Assembly (NCBI RefSeq): GCF_006345805.1
Contig: NC_043006.1
Span: forward strand, 5,022,001-5,086,000
Reading direction: 5' to 3'
Origin: Octopus sinensis
Lineage: Eukaryota
DNA length: 64,000 nt
This document shows, one piece after another, positions 50,223 through 61,290 of this stretch (the first letter of the stretch is position 1; every line of letters begins with the position of its first letter). The position numbers and the translations under genes are program-made. Below the pieces are notes generated by a model. It was given only the letters and a program-made list of their open reading frames with translations, made no database searches and was not told the origin of the DNA.

Positions 50223-53200
50223 TTATGTTGTATCATTCACTCGCAACTTTCGTGCTACATCTTTCCATCGTTCTTCATACACTCTCTTAGTCAGGCATAT
50301 TCTCTCCATCTCTATCTTCCTTTTCAGGTGAAAGATGAAATAATTCATCAAACCAGGGCCGGAGATGAACTTGCCTGACTGTAAACCTTTCATTCTCGTC
50401 TTCCATATCACCTCTTTCGCAATTGCTACTACAACGAGAAAACGAAACTTACCTTCATTCGCGAGGAAATCCGGTGGGTCAATTTTTGTAATCGACTCAG
50501 TCGACAGCTGTACTCTTCGTGTACTTGACAACAGCTGTTCGGCATAAACCCACACCTCAGACACGTCCGGACAATGAACAATAGCGTGCGGGACGGTTTC
50601 CCTATCCCGCCCGCATCTTGGACATATCGGACTGTCTTGGCCACCGTGCCTTGCGAGTTTATCCCGAACAGGTAGAGCTCCTCTGTAGCATTGCCATGCC
50701 AGAGACTTCTGGAAGTTGTCCAGTGTCTTCGGCTTGAACGTACGTCGGAACAAACTGGCCAGCTGATTATCGTCGAGACCTAGGGTTTTCCCCAAGGTAT
50801 CTTCACATTCCGCCTCTACCAACCCTCTATAGAAGAATGTGGTGGAAACCCCACCGCAGGCGTTGCCCGAGCGACGGAATAGCAGGAGAGCCTTGCGACA
50901 CTCCGTGTACCAAGTGCCAAGTTTCGATCTACGATTCAGCCAGGTTTCCCATCCACCGAAACTAGTGAACTTGGGAAACATCAGTTTTGCTAGCGGAGAC
51001 CACACCCGTTCACCATCCAGGTAGAGCCACAGATGTCCTAACCTCAGCGCATGTCTGCGCATCATCAGCCAAGGCATCCCTAGCCCACCCTTTAACGGTT
51101 GTTGACAGCAAGTAGAGCGTTTCACAAGTGGTTTCCTGCCCTTCCACAAGAAGTAGAAGAGCTGTCTTTCCAACTTGGTCAACCACGAATCAGGGCAAGG
51201 AACGACGGAAAGGCGGTAGGTGATAACCGATGCGATAAACACATTGGCCACCTCCGCCCTCCCTTTCAGGGATAGCCACCGCCAAGACCAGGTCTTGGTT
51301 ACTGCAGCCACCCTGCTCGATACCTCGCCCCAATTCTTCTCTATTTGGAGGTCTGGACCGAACCAGACCCCTAGCAATTTAATCGGACCCTCCGTCCAAC
51401 GTCCCACGACGCTGTCAGGAGGCATCGACCTGAGGAAGCCAAGGCTCAGCCCGAACTGTGCCAGGGCAGATACCAGGTAACGATGGTCGACCCTATCAAA
51501 TGCTTTAGATTGGTCTAAATGGACCAGTGCCCCACCCTTGCCAGAATCGCTATTAAACCCCTCTATAGTGTACCGCATAAGATGGAGATTATCCTGAATG
51601 GTTCTGCCAGGAACGGCACATGTCTGTGCTTCCCCGATCAGACCATCCGCGACACGCGCCAATCTTTTCGATAACACTTTGGCCAAAATCTTCAACTCTG
51701 TGTTTAGCAGAGTGATGGGCCTGAAATTATCAATGCACTCCCCCTTGCTCGGGTCCTTTCTGACGAGTGTCACTACTCCCCGGCGCACAGATCTGGGTAT
51801 AAGCCCGTTCTGCTGCCAGTTCGCATAGACCTCCGCCAGTAGGTGCCCGAACAAGTCTGGCATACTCTTATATAACTCATAGGGTAGACCATCCAAACCC
51901 GGCGCCTTGCCCGCGCCGCAGTCCGCCATTGCCTCAACCACCTCCACAGGCGTGATTGGCCCTTCACAGCCCTCCGCATCTCGCCCCGATAAGCGCGGTA
52001 GCCCGTCGAGTAGGTCCGTAAAGGCCCTCCTCCTATCCAGTCTGCCGCACTCACCGAAAAGCTGAGCGAAGTGCTCCTGAAAGGCCTCACACATCTCCTC
52101 GGGCTCGTTTATCAACTCACCTTGTTGGTTCGTCATAGATCGAATCGTGGCATCGTTACCACGCTTGGCTTCCACCACTCGGGCCCATCTCACGGCGTTG
52201 ATTCCTTCACATCCTATTGCGCGGATCCTAGCCCTGACAATGCAGCCCATGTGTTTGGCCTCGAGGTGCTGGTTTAACACCAGTCTCTTGGACGCCACCT
52301 GAGCCGCAGAGCCAGTTTTCAAGGCTTCCTCTAATTCCTTAACTAGAGTAGTTTCCCTCCTAGCCTCTCTAGCCACTACTCCTATGCTATATCTAATCGA
52401 CTCGAACTTGATGGCTCGTTTGAGGGCGTACCACCATTTGTTATTAATGATGGTACCAGATAGTGCCCTCTGAATTATAGTCCTAATCCGGTCTTTGTAC
52501 TCCTTAATCGCCAAATGGGACGTATTAAGTTTCCAGTAACCGGATCCTCTATTTTTAACCTTATCTATGTCAAGCTTACAGGTGACCATTTTATGATCAC
52601 TGTAGCTGACCAGGTAAAACTGTGGACACTTAGCTATTTTTCTGTCTACTTTTCTAATTAGTATTCTATCTATATATGACCTGGAAGATCCGTCGCTGTT
52701 TGACCATGTCCACAATGGAGCGTTCGGAAATTCCAGCCTATAAGGATCTGCTAGCTCAAAGCGGCTTAGCAGTTCCATGAAGCCACTGTTACCTTTTCTA
52801 TCTGAACGCGAGCCAACACAATCTACATCCGCTTTGTAAATTGTGTTAAAGTCACCTAGCACAACTAATGAATGCGAAGTACCAAGAAAGTTTTCTAGTT
52901 CACGAAAATAATCACTTTGCCCTGTATGGTTGGGTGCGTAAATTGCAACCAGTCTGATAACTTTACCGTTACTGAACGTCAAATCCATGACGACCAGCCT
53001 ACATTCTGGATCTGCAAAAATTAACTTTTTCTCAGAAACCCGGTTTCTTTTTAATAGGACCAACACCCCACTCCCGCCTGTAGGACTGCCAGGAGAGAAA
53101 AAACTCTCGTAGCCGTCAAACAGCGGGAGTAGACCTCTTGGCCCCTCTAACCGGGTTTCTGTAGCAACAATAACATCTAAATTACGCGACCTGAAATCAT

Positions 53201-53273
53201 TAAGGAAGCGACCTTGCTTCCAGTTTGATCCCAGGCCGCGCACATTCAAACAACCAACATAAATGTAATCCAT
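50223..53273 (-). CDS. Tx1 ORF2 (APE endonuclease + internally deleted RT + C-terminal Cys motif), 1016 aa
   Basis: GCLNVRGL, ATET, VLGDFN, SYSDH (APE). KAPGLDG, FRPITLL, LDQSKAFDRVDH (RT). No QGCPLS or YADD. CPRC..ET..H..C near the C-terminus. Confidence 0.9.
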   Translation of the reverse strand: MDYIYVGCLNVRGLGSNWKQGRFLNDFRSRNLDVIVATETRLEGPRGLLPLFDGYESFFSPGSPTGGSGVLVLLKRNRVSEKKLIFADPECRLVVMDLTFSNGKVIRLVAIYAPNHTGQSDYFRELENFLGTSHSLVVLGDFNTIYKADVDCVGSRSDRKGNSGFMELLSRFELADPYRLEFPNAPLWTWSNSDGSSRSYIDRILIRKVDRKIAKCPQFYLVSYSDHKMVTCKLDIDKVKNRGSGYWKLNTSHLAIKEYKDRIRTIIQRALSGTIINNKWWYALKRAIKFESIRYSIGVVAREARRETTLVKELEEALKTGSAAQVASKRLVLNQHLEAKHMGCIVRARIRAIGCEGINAVRWARVVEAKRGNDATIRSMTNQQGELINEPEEMCEAFQEHFAQLFGECGRLDRRRAFTDLLDGLPRLSGRDAEGCEGPITPVEVVEAMADCGAGKAPGLDGLPYELYKSMPDLFGHLLAEVYANWQQNGLIPRSVRRGVVTLVRKDPSKGECIDNFRPITLLNTELKILAKVLSKRLARVADGLIGEAQTCAVPGRTIQDNLHLMRYTIEGFNSDSGKGGALVHLDQSKAFDRVDHRYLVSALAQFGLSLGFLRSMPPDSVVGRWTEGPIKLLGVWFGPDLQIEKNWGEVSSRVAAVTKTWSWRWLSLKGRAEVANVFIASVITYRLSVVPCPDSWLTKLERQLFYFLWKGRKPLVKRSTCCQQPLKGGLGMPWLMMRRHALRLGHLWLYLDGERVWSPLAKLMFPKFTSFGGWETWLNRRSKLGTWYTECRKALLLFRRSGNACGGVSTTFFYRGLVEAECEDTLGKTLGLDDNQLASLFRRTFKPKTLDNFQKSLAWQCYRGALPVRDKLARHGGQDSPICPRCGRDRETVPHAIVHCPDVSEVWVYAEQLLSSTRRVQLSTESITKIDPPDFLANEGKFRFLVVVAIAKEVIWKTRMKGLQSGKFISGPGLMNYFIFHLKRKIEMERICLTKRVYEERWKDVARKLRVNDTT

Positions 53274-53282
53274 TACTTACCT

Positions 53283-54627
53283 TTATATCAGTGGTTCGGT
53301 TTTTTCCTTTTCTTCTTTGTTTATCTCTTTTTCTGGGCCTCGTGGGGGAGTCTGACGTAGGCCCTCTAATATATATGGAGATGTTAAATCCATTCTGAGC
53401 GGGCCTACGTCGTGAAAGAATTCGGACTTTATCCGCCCGTAATCCTTCCGGCCTATTCTGTAAACTATATAGTCATTCTTTTTTCCTATTTTTTCCACTT
53501 TGGCCATAGCTGCCAATACGTTCCCGAGTCTGTTGTTTGATGCCTTAATGGCCATATATGAGTTCATCGACTCTCTTTTCTTCTTTTGGATCACTCTGGG
53601 AGGGGTGGTTTCCGTTTTTCTTTTTTTTCTGGTGATTTTTGACCACCCCTCCTCATTGCTCTTTTTTTCCTCTGCCGCTGGTTCTGCTGCCTTTGTCACC
53701 TCCATACCTTCAGTCGTCCATTCTGGGCTGTCTGGCGCTGCTTCTGGTGACACTTCATCTTCCTTTCCACCTGGCTGAGGTGCTTCCTGCGGTTTGGGTT
53801 GGGGTTGGCATTCCGCCCTTACATGACCCTTCTTGCCGCAGCCGAAGCACCTCGGCTTTCTGCCCTCTACGAAAACTGTTACTCTATCTTCTTCACTTAT
53901 TTTTAGCGTTTCTGGAATCTCCTCCAGTGTTTGAATTTCTGCCTGAATGGCTATTACTATCCGCTGTCCTTTCCAGAATTCCTCCTCCTCTACTGTGACC
54001 TGGAGGATGTTTATTTTTTCCTCCAGGCCTACCATGACTGCTGCCACCAGACATTCGGCATCTGCCTCTGGCGGAATGTTATTCATCGTGATTTTCGATG
54101 TTCTTTTTCCTCTATACAAGGGGAGGAGAACAATGTTCTCCGCTTTTATTGGCTCCATCGACAGTTTTTTTGCTATCTCCTCTGTTGTGAAACGCACCTC
54201 TACTGTGCCGTATCTCTTTCCTCTGTTGATGTATGTGATCTTGTCCATTAATGGTTTTAAACAATTCTCGATTTTTTTCCTCAATTTTTTGTATCATTTT
54301 GCTTGTCGTATTAAAGGTCTTATAGATTATTCTTCTTTTTTCGATTTCTTCATGTTTTTGGGCGTTTGTGACCACTGTCACTTCCGTGCCCTCTTTTGTA
54401 ACACAGTCCGCATATTTCTTTAAGTCTTCGACGTTTATTTTTTTGATTTTCTTACCCGCTACTTCTGAGAATTTTTTCGCTGGTGCTGGTGCTGGTGCAG
54501 GGGTTTCCATTTTCTTTGGCGCCACTGCCTCTTTTTTCTTTGGCGACACCGCCTCTTTTTTCTTTGGCGACACCGCCGGAAATTCTTCTTCACTAGTCAC
54601 GGGAGAATATGAGATGGGGGATTCCAT
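53283..54627 (-). pseudogene. Tx1 ORF1 (gag-like, CCHC knuckle) split by a +1 frameshift
   Basis: ATG at 54627. Frame change at the A7 run (54272-54278). RCFGCGKKGHVRAEC. Homologous to ORF1 of copies 1 and 2. Confidence 0.85.
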
Positions 54628-55309
54628 CTCGAACAACTGGCTTAACAAGCCCTTGGTAAATCCAAGATAAATGGTATTTTTCCCCCATGGAGGGGGGAAC
54701 ACCACCACGAAGTCCTCGCACGAAGGCTGACTTCAACAGTTGTACAGCAATAAACAAAGACAAGTAGACACACAGTAGATTATAACGGAGAGAATAAATA
54801 CGACGGCAAGATATAATAAATTACTATACACGTTCGTTTTTGAGTATCGAAGATTTTCTGAAGTACTTTCAAGAGGATTACCACGTTTAAATAAGAAATG
54901 AAATTCATTGAAAGGTTAATAATGCAAATAATAGCCAATGAGAATATTCCACTCTCTACTATAAAAAAAACAATTTAAGATTACAGGTTTGTGCATAAGT
55001 GTTCATTGGATCTAATCACCTAATTTGACCGTATTTTTAAAAAGCTTTTATATTCTAAAAAATTATATTTTAAAGTTTAAGAAAATTATAAGGCGCTAAA
55101 TATTTATGCTTACAACATACTAAAATGTCTGTAATTTTTTATATAGGGGTGAATAAATGAATTCTTGTGTCCCCTATATCTAATTTTAAAATTAGTAGTA
55201 CTCCCTATATAAATTTTCCTAAGTCCGGAGCGTTTAAACTAATAAGCCTGTTTGCTGTTTACACACCCGTCTTCGTCTTTTGTTCGTTTCTTTTGTAAAT
55301 TCCAAATAT

Positions 55310-56962
55310 ATATATGTATCCAAGATCTCACCACTGGCATCAGCTGGATCTCATCATTACACGAAGACCCTTTCTGAATTCTGTTCAACTGACTCGTAGT
55401 TACCACAGCGCGGATTGTGACACACATCATTCACTAATAAGAAGCAGGGTGAGGATTCTGCCTAAAAAGTCCATCACTCCAAGAAAATGGGCCGATTACG
55501 CATTAACACTGCCAGAACCTCCGACACTACACTGCGACAATGTTTTGCTGTTTCTATCAAAGTTGCCCTCAGTAGCTGCCCAACCTCCTCTGCTGAAAGT
55601 AGGTGAAATTATATCAGAGAAGCTTTGTATACCACATCAATAGATCCTTTCGGTATGAGAGAAAGGCAAAACCCAGATTTTGTTCAGTGCTGGGCTCTCA
55701 GAGCTGGAAACAGTTATCGAAACAAAGCGTGCAGCTCTGATGTAATACAAGAGTGATTCTTCTATAAAGTCATTTGAAGAACTCAGAAAGGCAAGAAATA
55801 AAACCCAACTGAATGCCAAATGCTGTGCAAATAGGTATTGGCAGGAAATCTGTCAGAGTATCCAGTCAGCTGCTGACAGTGGCGACGCCGTGGGATGTAT
55901 GCCGGTTTGAAGAAGGCCCTCGGTCCATCCGCAACCAAATCAGCCCCTCTGAAATTAACTACTGGGGATCTCATCAAGGACCAAAGCAAGCAAATGGATA
56001 GATAAGTGGAGTACTACCAGGATCTGTATTCACGAGAAACCACGGTAGCTGAGGCTGCAATCGAGGGTGTCAAGATGTTGCCAGTCATGTGTGAACTTGA
56101 CAGTCTGCCATCTATAGCAGAGCTCACCAAGGCTATTGACTCCCTAGCAAGTAACAAGGCTCCGGGAAAAGACGGCATTCCCTTAGAGATCATCAAAACC
56201 GGCAAAAACACCATCCTCCTTCGGCACCTTCATGAGCTTCTGTGTCAGTGCTGGGAAGAGGGTACAGTCCCTCAGGATATGTGGGATGCTAACATCATTA
56301 CACTTTACAAAAACAAAGGTGAACGTGGTGATTGTAACAATTACCGTGGAATATCTCTTCTAAGCACTGTTGGAAAGGCCTCTGCTCGCATTACCCTGTC
56401 CAGACTGCAACTGCTTGCTTCTAGAATTCGTCCATAATCGCAGTGTGGCTTTAGAAGAAGCAGATCAACTATTAACATGATATTCTCCATACGCCAACTT
56501 CAGAAGTCCAGAGAGCAGAAAATGCCATTATATACGGCCTTCATTGATCGGACAAAGGCCTTTGACTTAGTAAGTAGAAAAGGCCTCTTCATCCTGCTCC
56601 AAAAAATCGGATGTCCACCAAAGCTGCTGAGGATCATCACATCTTTCCATGATGATATGCAAGGCACCATACAGCACAATGGTTCAACATCAGCCGCCTT
56701 CCAAATGATAAAATGGGGTAAAGCAAGGTTGTGTCCTTGCTCCTTCATTATTTGGCATCTTCTTCTCGCTGATGCTGTCACATGCATTTGTGACATCAGA
56801 TGATGGAGTGTTTCTGCACATTATAAGTGATGGGAAACTGTTCAATATCTCGCGTCTGCGTGCCAAGACCAAAATCAGAAGCGTCCTGATCAAGGAGGTG
56901 CTATTTGCTGATGATGCCGCTCTGGTATCACACACAGAAGAAACCCTACAAAGGCTCATCAA
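55310..56962 (+). mobile_element. Degenerate RTE (BovB-like) LINE: APE C-terminus + RT
   Basis: HWHQLDLIITR..SADCDT.HSL, KAPGKDGIP, NYRGISLLS, QCGFR, FID.TKAFD, LFADDAAL. Frameshifts present. Cut by a SINE at 56963. Confidence 0.93.
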
Positions 56963-57047
56963 ACACTTGCCCAAGGTGCCACGCAGTGGGCCTGAACCTG
57001 GAACCATGTGGTTGGTAAGCAAGCTACTTACCACACAGCCACTCCTG
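56963..57047 (-). mobile_element. SINE family A head fragment
   Basis: Near-perfect head + CORE start. Confidence 0.88.
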
Positions 57048-57049
57048 CG

Positions 57050-57325
57050 CATAACTGGCTGAGCATTCCACAGGCACATGTGCCTTTAACGTAATTCTCA
57101 AACAGAATTAGCGTAGCACAGTATGTGACACGGCTGCACATTTTGAATTTGAGGTGCAATTCACTCCATGAGCTTTTCTGTAGATTTTCTATCTGTCTAA
57201 TTTCCCTTACAACGTATGAGTTGACCCGAGGCGAGAGAAACTGGCATTTCTCCAAAATTTCACGCAAAGGATTGACCCTGTAGCCTCGAAGTTGGGGAGC
57301 GAAGTTCTTAACCATTCAGCCATAC
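57050..57325 (-). mobile_element. Degenerate SINE with A-like head and tail type Z
   Basis: TGGCTGAATGGTTAAG..GCCTCGGGTCAAC head. Tail AATTACGTTAAAGGCACATGTGCCTGTGGAATGCTCAGCCA matches tail Z. Confidence 0.6.
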
Positions 57326-57584
57326 TGTACCTAGAAATAACTATATCTTCACAACAGAGCGAGAAATATGTAGGGAAGCGTCGAAGAGAACTATACTGCG
57401 TCCATTATTATAGTTCTCGTTAATATTTATTCTGAAATTCATAGTCACCCTAATCAACTCTGCCAGCGACAGAAAACATTTCCTAATCGATAAATGGTCT
57501 CAAAAATAATGAATACTTTCAAATTGACATGAACACAGTTCAGGAGAGAAAGGAAGGAAGTACTAAACAGGTTTGGGATTTCAC

Positions 57585-57810
57585 GGCGAGCTGGCAGAAA
57601 CGTTAGCACGCCGGGCGAAATGCTTAGCGGTATTTCGTCTGCGTTACGTTGTGAGTTCAAATTCCGCCGAGGTCGACTTTGCTTTTCATCCTTTCGGGGT
57701 CGATAAATTAAGTACCAGTTACGCACTGGGATCGATGTAATCGACTTAATACTTATGTCTGTCCTTGTTTGTCCCCTCTGTGTTTAGCCCCTTGTGGGTA
57801 ATAAAGAAAT
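57585..57810 (+). mobile_element. SINE family B, full length with 16-bp TSD
   Basis: TSD AGGTTTGGGATTTCAC at 57569-57584 and 57811-57826. Confidence 0.95.
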
Positions 57811-58367
57811 AGGTTTGGGATTTCACAATATTTAAATTAAAACTGGATCGGTTGTCGTCAACGTCTGTTGATGTGGCTGACTGAACCGCTGTTGTTTTAA
57901 TTGTTTCACTTTCTATTACTGTCCATTCTTGTTGGATTCATATTTTAGCTGTTCGCTGCGTTTTTTTACTTTTATCTTTCATGTTTCCATTTTTGTTTTT
58001 GTTTTTGTTTTTTAATCTATCGGCGGTGGATGTAGTTGTTGCTGTTTTTAATGTTGTTGTTGTTTGGCGAATTGATGCTGTTTTGGGTGTTTTAGGTGTT
58101 ATTATTGTTGTTACTGCTGCTATTGTTGCGGTCGATTTTGTTTTTGTTGTTTTTAGACAGTTTTATAAGCTAGATACATGAAAGAAGACGAATCGATATG
58201 CTAACTCATTCCAATATTCCAGTTTTCCTTAAAAACCTGATAGGGAAAAGGATACCATCTACTAAATCCTTTCATTTGGCACCGTGTGGAGGCGGACCTT
58301 GCTGGAACGTAGTTTGCAATGTCACTAATCGAAGTAGGAGAATTTCTCTCATCGTTCTCATTTTACA

Positions 58368-58925
58368 TTGGGTTGTCCGGAAAGTTCCTGCCGATTTTTA
58401 AAGGAAAGAAAAAGGTACCCATGATTTACCCGGTGATCATGAACGACGGATTTTGATAGGTTGAGGCTTTCTTCCAATTCTCGGGTTGTCCAATGTGGGT
58501 TATTCTCAATTAATGACTTGATTTGGTCATCATATGTTGTGGATGGTCTGCCCGATCGCTGTTTATCAATAAGGCTACAATCTCCAGCTCGGAACCTTGT
58601 GAACCACTTCCGTACGGTTCTTTCGGATAAAGAAACATCACCATAAACTGCGCATCTTTCTTTGGTTGCTTGTGAGGCATTTTTCCCTTTACGGAAAAAG
58701 AAAAGCATCAAGTGTTTAAAATGAACTTTCTTATTATCTTCCATTTTAAAGGGTTACAGAATTAACACAGGTTATAGGCACATAAACCTTCTTCCATGAA
58801 AGATAGCTTAAACTGTGCTCTAAATGGAGATGTAGTCAAATCCTATTTTATGGACTCAACCATGTTCTAAAATAAGTCGAAAGGTAAGCTACTATAAATC
58901 GGCACGAGCTTTCCGGACAACCCAA
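58368..58925 (-). mobile_element. Internally deleted mariner retaining the N-terminal HTH part (same family as 49189-49737)
   Basis: Same TIRs. ORF MEDNKKVHFKHLML..WFTRFRAGD..RSGRP. Confidence 0.93.
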
Positions 58926-59504
58926 TAGCTGTGGTGGAGACGGTTTTGTTGTTGTTTTTCTTTAGAACCAGCTGAAGCCTAATCGAGCTGATATATGATT
59001 AAATGCATTCCAACCGTGACCAGCTCGTCTTTTTGCGGATATTTAGGACTATATTTCTAATATGTTTTTCCTATTTTTAAGATGATAAAATGCCCAGTGA
59101 GTGATACTCAGCTATTTCTAACACGCAATGCGACTATTTTAAGACACCCTCGTTGGTTGGAGAAGCTGCTTTTAGTTTGATCTGTGTTGATGGTCGAATT
59201 GCTCATGCTGCTGTTGTTGTTGTTGGTGGTGGTGTTGTTGTGTTAGTTAATGTTGTTATTGTTGTTGCTGCTGCTGCTGCTGTTGTAGCTGTTTAATCTC
59301 AAGACAACGCTGACGAAGCAGAGCTACAATCAAAATTATTCCAACTATGGCCACCCTATCTTCTGTTCACCCAGTACGATGCACCCAAACTACATTACAC
59401 GGTGATCACTTCCATTTCTAGGGCTTCAGAATGTCATATGAGGAGAGATCTTGGTTGCTATTTCTAATTTGTCGTGTTTGCATAGGGTCTTCCTCATGCT
59501 GCAG

Positions 59505-60040
59505 TCTTCTTCTTCTTCTTCTTCTTCTTCTTCTTCTTCTTCTTCTTCTTCTTCTTCTTCTTCTTCTTCTTCTTCTTCTTCTTCTTCTTCTTCTTCTTCT
59601 TCTTCTTCTTCTTCTTCCAATCAGGACTCACGCCATTAGCCACAAAGAATAATCTCTAATTCGAGCCTACTCTAAGCTACTAAGAATGCGCGTGGCAACT
59701 TGAAGATCCACCCACCCCACGCCATAGACTGACAGTTGCACGGGTGCGAAAGCTACGTTGTTATCCTCATTCCGTAAACGGTGAGTTTTTTAACGGGTGG
59801 AGAGCTGAACCATCCTGGGGTACAGAGGATTCGCAATCTAGACTAGGGTCTGAAAGTTTTACCACATCATAGTGGGTTACACCATGGTTCCTCTGCTTTG
59901 TGGCAGAAGTAGGAAGAAAGAATGAAAGATAGCTGTAGTGAAAGAGTACAGCGGGGTTCAACCCCCCCCCGCCGGAGCCTCGTGGAGCTTAGGTATTTTT
60001 GCTCAATAAACACCCACAATGCCCGATCTGGGAATCTGCT
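59505..60040 (-). mobile_element. SINE family C (head truncated), tail type W ending in a long (GAA)n
   Basis: Core AAGCTCCACGAGGCTCCGGC..CTGTACTCTTTC. (CTT)n at ~59505-59617 on the plus strand. Confidence 0.7.
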
Positions 60041-60499
60041 GCTGTTTACTCCTAGATAGTCCCTAATTGAACAAATTTATGACGGAAATCATTCAACCAT
60101 GACTTTCCCATCTGTTTCCATTATGCAAAGAATTCAGGAACATATTTTCAAACGTATGCTTTCCTAAGGCTGTAGGATGTGATTTCAAAGAATTTGGCTG
60201 CTATATCTAGCAAAACAAATGAATACCCAATGGTGCCGTCATTGTCTCGTGATATCACGTGATGCAGTGAGGGATAGTCACAGTATTGTTACGCATGGAT
60301 TATTATCACTGCAAACACGGTACTTTTCACTCTTTATATTTGTCTTTTGATTTCACTTGTTGTTGCTGTTTTTCCAATGTTAGACTCATTGTTTTTGTGG
60401 TTGTTGTCGGGAGATCGATATATAATATGATTATGAAAGCGAGAAAGAAATCAGTAGAACTTAAGAATATGTTTTCTATGGATGGAAGCACTCCGTCGG

Positions 60500-60866
60500 T
60501 TACGACGACGAGGGTTCCGGTTGATCCGAATCAACGGAACAGCCTGCTCGTGAAATTAACGTGTAAGTGGCTGAGCACTCCACAGACACGTGTACCCTTA
60601 ACGTAGTTCTCGGGGATATTCAGCGTGACACAGAGAGTGTCAAGGCCGGCCCTTTGAAATACAGGTACAACAGAAACAGGAAGTAAGAGTGAGAGAAAGT
60701 TGTGGTGAAAGAGTACAGCAGGGATCACCACCATCCCCTGCCGGAGCCTCGTGGAGCTTTAGGTGTTTTCACTCAATAAACACTCACAACGCCCGGTCTG
60801 GGAATCGAAACCGCGATCCTATGACCGCGAGTCCGCTGCCCTAACCTCTGGGCCATTGCGCCTCCA
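60500..60866 (-). mobile_element. SINE family C, tail type Z
   Basis: Intact head and core. Tail homologous to the SINE D tail. Confidence 0.88.
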
Positions 60867-60877
60867 CACACACACAC

Positions 60878-60921
<44 letters not shown>

Positions 60922-61149
60922 GAGAGAGAGAGAGAGGAGAGAGAGAGATATGTATATATATATATATATATACAAGATCCAATTGATCGAAATTGCAAGA
61001 CACGGGCCTACAATTCCAGTCTGTTATATATTTTGAGTATTGTCATCACTAGCGATATCAGGATATAACTTTGTATTTTGTATTTTATGTGTAGATGTAT
61101 ATATATAGATGTACATGTAATATGTACACATATATATACACATATATGC

Positions 61150-61213
61150 ATGCACTAGCACTATGACCCGGCAACGACGGGTCTTTAATGCTGGTATATA
61201 TATATGTATATAT

Positions 61214-61256
<43 letters not shown>

Positions 61257-61290
61257 TAGCAGAGATACCCGGCGTTGCCCGTGTTACATA
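61150..61290 (-). mobile_element. Two Helitron-like 3' termini (GC hairpin + CTAGT)
   Basis: Minus strand GACCCGTCGTTGCCGGGTC-ATAGTG-CTAGT and CGGGCAACGCCGGGTATCTCTG-CTAGT, separated by (TA)n. Confidence 0.65.

Larger units (their letters stand above)
49979..54835 (-). mobile_element. Tx1/L1-clade LINE copy 3, full-length ends
   Basis: 20-bp TSD GTTTTTGA(A/G)TATCGAAGATT at 49959-49978 and 54836-54855. ORF1 + ORF2 and a short TAATAATAAA tail. Confidence 0.95.

Noticed and set aside
54272-54278. Programmed -1 frameshift in Tx1 ORF1
   Set aside because: The required shift is +1, and a one-base homopolymer indel explains it.
59426-59652. Poly-E, poly-L and poly-S ORFs
   Set aside because: (CTT)n microsatellite, probably a retroposon tail.
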